Below are positions 58,897 to 64,000 of a stretch of DNA of 64,000 bases, one piece after another (within the stretch, counting starts at the first letter, position 1; every line of letters starts with the position of its first letter). Source of the DNA: Arenicellales bacterium (GTDB lineage Bacteria; Pseudomonadota; Gammaproteobacteria; Arenicellales; JAJDZL01); NCBI GenBank assembly GCA_963664525.1, contig OY761535.1, positions 3,129,242-3,193,241 of the forward strand. The letters run 5' to 3'. The position numbers and the translations under genes are program-made. Under the pieces are notes generated by a model. It saw nothing but the letters and a program-made list of their open reading frames with translations. It was not told the origin of the DNA and did no database searches.

Positions 58897-60009
58897 CTAC
58901 TGGCTGACGCCATTTAAATTGGCGAATTGAAAGTAAGTGGTGAATACGGTTTTCCCAGGCTGGCTCTCACAACTGACATGACCACCATGACGGGTCATGA
59001 TTTGATGAACGATTGAAAGCCCGAGACCTTCGCCTTGGGGCTTGCCTGAAATCATCGGATAAAAGATACGGTCAGCCAGTTGCGGCGAAATTCCGCAGCC
59101 GTTATCTTCAATGTCAACCCTTGCTGCACTCATATGTCTAGTTTTACCAAGAGTGACTTGTCGCTGTACCCGGGTGCGCAACGTAATCAATCCTAAATCG
59201 GGGCACGCTTCAATTGAGTTGCGCACCATGTTGACAAAGGCTTGAATTAACTGCTCGCGATCACCCAGCACGGATGGAAGACTGGGGTCATAATCGCGTG
59301 AAAAATTACAATTGCCTGAGTCTTCTGCAAGGGCGAGATGGTAGACATGTTCGAGCACTTCGTGAATATTGATCGGTTCGAGTTGGGTCGGTGTTTGCGG
59401 GTGAGACATGCTGTCAACCAGTCCGCAAAGTCGGTCGGTTTCCCGCACGATAATGTCGGTGTACATCTTCAGGTCGGAATGAGCGTCAAGTTCGCGTTCC
59501 AGTAATTGCGCTGCGCCACGCAAGCCACCCAAAGGGTTCTTTATTTCATGTGCGATCGCCCGAATCACGGCAGAGTTTGCATATTGACCGATTTCCATGC
59601 TATCTTCTTCGAGTTGCCTGACAGTTTGATTGACTTCGTTGATCTCAAGTATCAGTCGATTGCAGTTTCCGGCCTGTAGCGCTGTCACAATACAGTCCAC
59701 CAGTTTTGCCTGTCGGCCGGAGGGTCTGATTTCGATGCGACGAAGCGTGGTTGCGTGCAATGAATCCAGACATTTTTTCAGGACGCTTTCTATTTCTTCG
59801 TGCTGAAGAAAATCAAGCACACTGGACCCGAGCGCTTGTGAGTCACTGAACTCAAACAGCGACTGTGCCGCGGTGTTGGTTAGTTCAATTTCAAAATCGC
59901 TGTTGCAGCAAACGATGGCAGTACTTAAGTGTTGCAGCAAATCAAGATCGATGTCCAAAGAATCACTGCGCAAGGACCATTCTGAACGAGTGAGATGTTC
60001 TAAGTCCAT
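58897..60009 (-). CDS. ntrB: Nitrogen regulation sensor kinase NtrB
   Basis: PAS-like N-terminus, H-box AHEIKNPLGGLRGAAQLL and G-boxes DNGCGI, GEGLGLSIV. It lies between glnA and ntrC. Confidence 0.92.
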   Translation of the reverse strand: MDLEHLTRSEWSLRSDSLDIDLDLLQHLSTAIVCCNSDFEIELTNTAAQSLFEFSDSQALGSSVLDFLQHEEIESVLKKCLDSLHATTLRRIEIRPSGRQAKLVDCIVTALQAGNCNRLILEINEVNQTVRQLEEDSMEIGQYANSAVIRAIAHEIKNPLGGLRGAAQLLERELDAHSDLKMYTDIIVRETDRLCGLVDSMSHPQTPTQLEPINIHEVLEHVYHLALAEDSGNCNFSRDYDPSLPSVLGDREQLIQAFVNMVRNSIEACPDLGLITLRTRVQRQVTLGKTRHMSAARVDIEDNGCGISPQLADRIFYPMISGKPQGEGLGLSIVHQIMTRHGGHVSCESQPGKTVFTTYFQFANLNGVSQ

Positions 60010-60069
60010 AGGACGCGACGGTCTAACGAAAGCGTCTTACCAAGCTAGTGTTCTTGCGGATATTGAGGA

Positions 60070-60101
60070 CAAACCAGGCGGATCTATATCCACCTGGTTT
60101 G
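60070..60101 (-). terminator. Hairpin in the glnA-ntrB intergenic region (possible attenuating terminator)
   Basis: CAAACCAGG (60070-60078) pairs perfectly with CCTGGTTTG (60093-60101). No U-tract follows on the minus strand, so a terminator role is only inferred from position downstream of glnA. Confidence 0.3.
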
Positions 60102-60191
60102 GCCCCTGTCGGCAGGATGTCACAATCTGCGTACGCCGATACGAACACTGGCATGAAGTCTGTCTGGCGTTGAGCCGCAGTTTGATGGCTG

Positions 60192-61640
60192 TTACCTGCT
60201 GTAGTACATTTCAAATTCAAGGGGGTGAGTTACGAGTCGCATCGCCTTGACATCGTCATCTAATAGATCAATGTAAGCATCAATGGCGTTGTCGGTGAAC
60301 ACTCCGCCTTCCTTGAGAAAGTCCCGGTCGTTGTCCAGTGCAATCAATGCCTGATTCAGTGATGGTGCAACGTGTGGAATCAACTTTTCTTCTGCCGCAG
60401 TCAGTTCATACAAGTCTCCCTCAGCCGGTAGGCCAGGGTCGATTTGATTTCTGATACCATCCAGTCCTGCCATCATCATCGCTGAGAAAGCCAGGTATGG
60501 ATTTGCAGTGGGGTCCGGAAATCTGATCTCGACCCGCCTGGCTGCATCCGGGGTGAACGGTATTCGACATGACGCCGAGCGGTTATACGCCGAATATTGC
60601 AGCAATACCGGTGCTTCGTAACCTGGTACCAAGCGTTTATAGCTGTTGGTTGTCGGGTTGGTAAAAGCATTGAGCGCCTTGGCATGTTTGAAAATTCCAC
60701 CAATGTACCAGAGTGCTTCCTGGCTTAGACCGCAGTGACCATCACCGGCAAACAGGGACTTTCCGTCCTTGACCAGCGACTGGTGAACGTGCATTCCCGA
60801 ACCGTTATCTCCAACTAGGGGTTTTGGCATAAACGTTGCAGTATAGCCGTGTGCATTGGCCACATTTTTGACGCAATATTTGTAAAGCTGCGTGCGATCT
60901 GCCATTTTGACCAGCGTGTTATAGCGAATGCCAATCTCGGCCTGTCCGGCGGTTCCGACTTCGTGGTGGTGCTTTTCGACATCAACGCCCATGTCAAGCA
61001 TCGCCTGGCACATGGCAGATCGAACATCCGTAAAAGAATCAACGGGCGGAACTGGAAAATACCCGCCTTTGACGCGCGGTCGATGTCCCAAATTGGGACC
61101 GGCGTCATAATCCTGGTTGCTGTTCCATGCACCTTCATAAGAGTTGATTTCATAGAACACGCTTTCCATGTGGGTGCTCCACCGCACTCCGTCAAAAATA
61201 AAAAATTCTGGTTCCGGACCAAAGTACGCGGTGTCGGCAATTCCTGAGGTCGTAAGGTAGTCCTCGGCTTTCTGTCCGATGCTGCGCGGGTCTTTTTCAT
61301 ACCATTCGTCTGCGCCCGGATTGTAGATGCTGCAACGAATCGTAACCGTTGTTTCCTGCAAAAATGGATCAATTACGCAGGCACTGGGGTCCAGAATCAT
61401 GCACATGTCTGATTCATTAATGGGCTGCCAACCCTGAATGGACGAACCGTCAAACATGACCGGTTCATCAAACATTTCTTCCGAAAAGTTGGAAATCGGC
61501 CAACTTAGATGCTGAACAGTGCCAAGAGTATCCGTAAATCGAAAACTCACCCACTTAGCATCACAATCCTTGATCAAGCGCATCGCGCTCTCAACGGCCT
61601 TGGGATCTCGAATCGAATTTATAGCCTTTTCGACTGACAT
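60192..61640 (-). CDS. glnA: Glutamine synthetase, type I
   Basis: [26 protein letters not shown] and [16 protein letters not shown], plus the adenylylation-loop Tyr context ([11 protein letters not shown]). Confidence 0.95.
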   Translation of the reverse strand: MSVEKAINSIRDPKAVESAMRLIKDCDAKWVSFRFTDTLGTVQHLSWPISNFSEEMFDEPVMFDGSSIQGWQPINESDMCMILDPSACVIDPFLQETTVTIRCSIYNPGADEWYEKDPRSIGQKAEDYLTTSGIADTAYFGPEPEFFIFDGVRWSTHMESVFYEINSYEGAWNSNQDYDAGPNLGHRPRVKGGYFPVPPVDSFTDVRSAMCQAMLDMGVDVEKHHHEVGTAGQAEIGIRYNTLVKMADRTQLYKYCVKNVANAHGYTATFMPKPLVGDNGSGMHVHQSLVKDGKSLFAGDGHCGLSQEALWYIGGIFKHAKALNAFTNPTTNSYKRLVPGYEAPVLLQYSAYNRSASCRIPFTPDAARRVEIRFPDPTANPYLAFSAMMMAGLDGIRNQIDPGLPAEGDLYELTAAEEKLIPHVAPSLNQALIALDNDRDFLKEGGVFTDNAIDAYIDLLDDDVKAMRLVTHPLEFEMYYSR

Positions 61641-61684
61641 TGAAATTTACCTCCAAAAATAAAATATGTACTACACCTGATATA

Positions 61685-61700
61685 CAGCAATTATCATGCC
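61685..61700 (-). promoter_or_regulatory. Sigma-54 (-24/-12) promoter of glnA
   Basis: The minus strand reads TGGCAT-GATAA-TTGCT, which has exact consensus spacing (TGGCAC-N5-TTGCW). It lies about 45 nt upstream of the glnA ATG, which has a GGAGG RBS. Confidence 0.8.
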
Positions 61701-61739
61701 AACGAAATCAGTCGAGTTTAGAGTTCTAAGCGAATAAAA

Positions 61740-61787
61740 CGCACAATTATAGTGCGTATATTCGCTAATATGCACCATAATGGTGCA
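61740..61787. promoter_or_regulatory. Two NtrC enhancer-type palindromes upstream of the glnA sigma-54 promoter
   Basis: TGCACCATAATGGTGCA (61771-61787) is a perfect match to TGCACC-N5-GGTGCA. CGCACAATTATAGTGCG (61740-61756) is a weaker second dyad. They lie 40-90 nt upstream of the -24 element. Confidence 0.8.
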
Positions 61788-62669
61788 TTGAATCGCTTCA
61801 GTTGAATCTAATGTATTGACGTTAGGCGTCAAGGCCGAAGTCTGAAAAAATGCTTACCGAAAAAATCACTCGAATATTGCGTTTTGCGACATTTGAAGTT
61901 AGAAAAAACGCGAAATTCTGTCCCATTTGAAACCACCTTTGCGCGGCAGCGAACTTTACCGTGCAACTGAACAAACCCGAACAGGTTCGCTCGCTGGTGC
62001 TATCTTTGAAAACCTGATTTCGCCTCTTTGCAGGGGCTTTCATTCCAAATCATCTGAATGTTGCAGTTGCGACTATTTCCGCGCGGGTGATTTTCAAAAG
62101 AAAATTGCAGTGAAGCGGTTGTTTCGGGGGTGAGACGCTCAATAGGCTCAATTCACCAATAAATTCACGAGATTCCGACATGATTGTTTTTATTGTGATA
62201 AATGTTCGACATTCGATTTTTCGAAACATGGCTCCAACGCAAAAGCCTGAAGAATGAAGTTGTCGTGGTCTCTGGTCGAGGAGATCTGGAAATATTTTTT
62301 ATTTTCAATAAATACTCCTTCACAGTGTTCAACGAATGTATATAACATTGCAAATTATTTGCGGACAAGGCAATGTATTGCTTAATCACATAGAAAGCTC
62401 GAATTCTGAGGATGTTTTGTGGCGGTTGGTTTCGAAAGTCAAAGGAGTGAACTAATTCGGCGCAATCGATTAGACAGAGTTGGTGTTTGTTACAGGGAGA
62501 GAACAAGATGCTTATTGAAAATGGAATATCCTTTTTGCAGGTTAGGATCAAGCGTAGTATCGGAGCAATTTTATCGGTCTTAATAAAGGCAAAGATGACG
62601 GGTTGTGGAGGTGATGAAGTAATTCAATCATCGTTCGCCGGATCGCCCCACCTGCGTCCGGGCGCCGGC

Positions 62670-63998
62670 ATGAGCGTTACCGCATGGCTGAGGAGCGGTT
62701 TCGCCGCGGCGCTGCTGCTGGCCGCGCTCCCGTCCGGGGCTGCCGCGCAGACGATCTCGGCGAACACGATCTACGAGGGCCAGACCCGGACCTTCACCGT
62801 CACAGGCATCCCCAACAGTTGGACCGGCGGGGTGGATGCGATATTGGGGGGCAACCCTGCAACTGCCGAACGTCTGGCTGCACAAACTTGCGTGGCGGGC
62901 CTTACAGATAACTACAACACCGCCAACTTCGACATCTGTGTAAACCAGATCGTCTGGGACAGTGTCAACAGAGTAGCAAGGATTCAGGTGACCGCTGCCA
63001 AGGACACGCATGCGGAGGGGGATGATCCCTTCCGGTTGGTCGTTCAGGATCCGACCGACAGGACCAACAGGACTAGCTCTTTCCCCATCACCATCACCGA
63101 GCATCCGGCCACCTGGGAGGAACGCCGCACCCATGATGATGGCAAGGGCGACGGATTCTATTGCGAAGGACCGATGCCGACGGTCGATGATGTCTTCCCC
63201 GGCAGGTCCTATTCGGACCTCACTGATGCCGAAAAGGTGGAATACGTCAAGGCGACGGCGGTGGGGCAGGTCTTCCCGCCGCCGAACGGCCTGGTGGTGG
63301 ACTGGGACCGTAGCGGCGGCTACAACGCCGACGACACCGCGAAAATCAAGATCCGCACGTCGGACAACAAGAAACTCTGCGGCGGCGTGCTCCTCGATAT
63401 CCTGGTCAGCTCGCTGCACATATCGGAAGACGGGCCGATTCCCGAAGGCGGGCCGATGCCGATCCCCCTGACCCACAGGTTCGTGACCATGGCGAAGGGC
63501 GAATCGGAGAAGGAGATTTCGTTCAGGCTGACCTCGGAGAAAGGGCCGGCCAGGGTGTACTTCAGCGTCCTGGGCGTCAAAGGCGGCCCGACGCCGGTGA
63601 CGGCTGGAACGGAAGGAAAAACGCTGCATCCCGCCACCAAGGTGAAGAGGAACGTCAACTGCTCCAGCCAGTGCCGGAGCGCGTTCTTCCAGTTTAGATC
63701 GACATGGGTGCGGGAGGATTTAACGCCGACGGTTAACCTGACGGTGCGTGTCGATCCGGCACCAACCTCGAACTTGACGCTCGAATACACCTTGTCCGGA
63801 ACGGCGGATCGGGGCGCCGACTACACTATTTCCGGCGTGACCAGCAACAGCGGCACCGTCACGGTGCCCGCGAACGCCACCAGCGCGACCATTCCGGTGA
63901 TGATCCTGGACGACAACATCGAAGACAGTGGCGAGACAATCGTGGTCAGTCTGGAGACGAGCGGCGGTTATCGGGCGATCGCGCCCGAGAGCGTGACG
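62670..63998 (+). CDS. Secreted Calx-beta-repeat protein (partial; continues past the right edge)
   Basis: Absent from the ORF track because there is no stop in the window. Hand translation from ATG 62670 gives MSVTAWLRSGFAAALLLAALPSGAAAQ (signal peptide)...LEYTLSGTADRGADYTISGVTSNSGTVTVPANATSATIPVMILDDNIEDSGETIVVSLE, a Calx-beta motif. The frame stays open for 443 codons in about 62% GC DNA. Confidence 0.75.
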   Translation, partial: MSVTAWLRSGFAAALLLAALPSGAAAQTISANTIYEGQTRTFTVTGIPNSWTGGVDAILGGNPATAERLAAQTCVAGLTDNYNTANFDICVNQIVWDSVNRVARIQVTAAKDTHAEGDDPFRLVVQDPTDRTNRTSSFPITITEHPATWEERRTHDDGKGDGFYCEGPMPTVDDVFPGRSYSDLTDAEKVEYVKATAVGQVFPPPNGLVVDWDRSGGYNADDTAKIKIRTSDNKKLCGGVLLDILVSSLHISEDGPIPEGGPMPIPLTHRFVTMAKGESEKEISFRLTSEKGPARVYFSVLGVKGGPTPVTAGTEGKTLHPATKVKRNVNCSSQCRSAFFQFRSTWVREDLTPTVNLTVRVDPAPTSNLTLEYTLSGTADRGADYTISGVTSNSGTVTVPANATSATIPVMILDDNIEDSGETIVVSLETSGGYRAIAPESVT

Positions 63999-64000
63999 CT

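Noticed and set aside
62628-63790. Long minus-strand ORFs (333 aa and 156 aa) and a plus-strand 153-aa ORF in the GC-rich segment
   Set aside because: They are Arg/Pro/Gly-rich low-complexity translations typical of shadow frames in high-GC DNA. The other plus-strand frame gives a signal peptide and Calx-beta motifs and stays open to the window edge, so it is the real gene.
1-64000. Search for CRISPR arrays, tRNA/rRNA genes, integrases and prophage blocks
   Set aside because: I saw no regularly spaced direct repeats, no tRNA-like T-arm/acceptor patterns outside coding regions, no rRNA-like sequence and no integrase or phage structural ORFs. The many 60-150-codon ORFs antisense to or nested in the long genes (for example 1124-1607, 8062-9149, 35454-36295) have no motifs and were treated as shadow ORFs.

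Overview
This window looks like a chromosomal segment of a gammaproteobacterium. The inference rests on conserved synteny blocks: zapB-like/zapA/6S RNA/5-formyl-THF cyclo-ligase/EVE, ygfB-pepP-ubiH-ubiI, glnA-ntrB-ntrC, metK-ahcY and yicC-gmk. Hand counts on single 60-nt lines give about 50% GC in the core.

Housekeeping genes alternate with accessory patches:
- A partial RND efflux operon at the left edge.
- An orphan N6-adenine DNA methyltransferase next to tag.
- A glycosyltransferase, Rieske ferredoxin and hydantoinase A/B cluster.
- A small ORF paired with an SDH-family Clp-fold serine protease, beside a 0.7-kb ORF-free tract.
- A non-canonical sulfur-relay locus, dsrE-F-H-C-M-(GNAT, methyltransferase)-K. 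Here dsrM is split by a 2,016-bp IS with 16/17 inverted repeats and a 3-bp target duplication. No dsrAB or dsrLJOP flank the locus.
- A hipBA toxin-antitoxin module with palindromic operator candidates.
- A single-gene NERD-nuclease/SF1-helicase.
- A DsbD-like protein that lacks the canonical membrane cysteines.
- An mtoX (SBP56 methanethiol oxidase)-SCO1-MauG cluster.
- A signal-peptide ankyrin-repeat protein downstream of ntrC.

At about 62.63 kb the composition jumps from an AT-rich tract (about 28% GC on a sampled line) to about 62% GC. That is exactly where a secreted Calx-beta repeat protein begins, and it runs off the right edge.

I found no rRNA, tRNA or CRISPR array. All homology calls come from reading motifs in the translations; no database search was possible.
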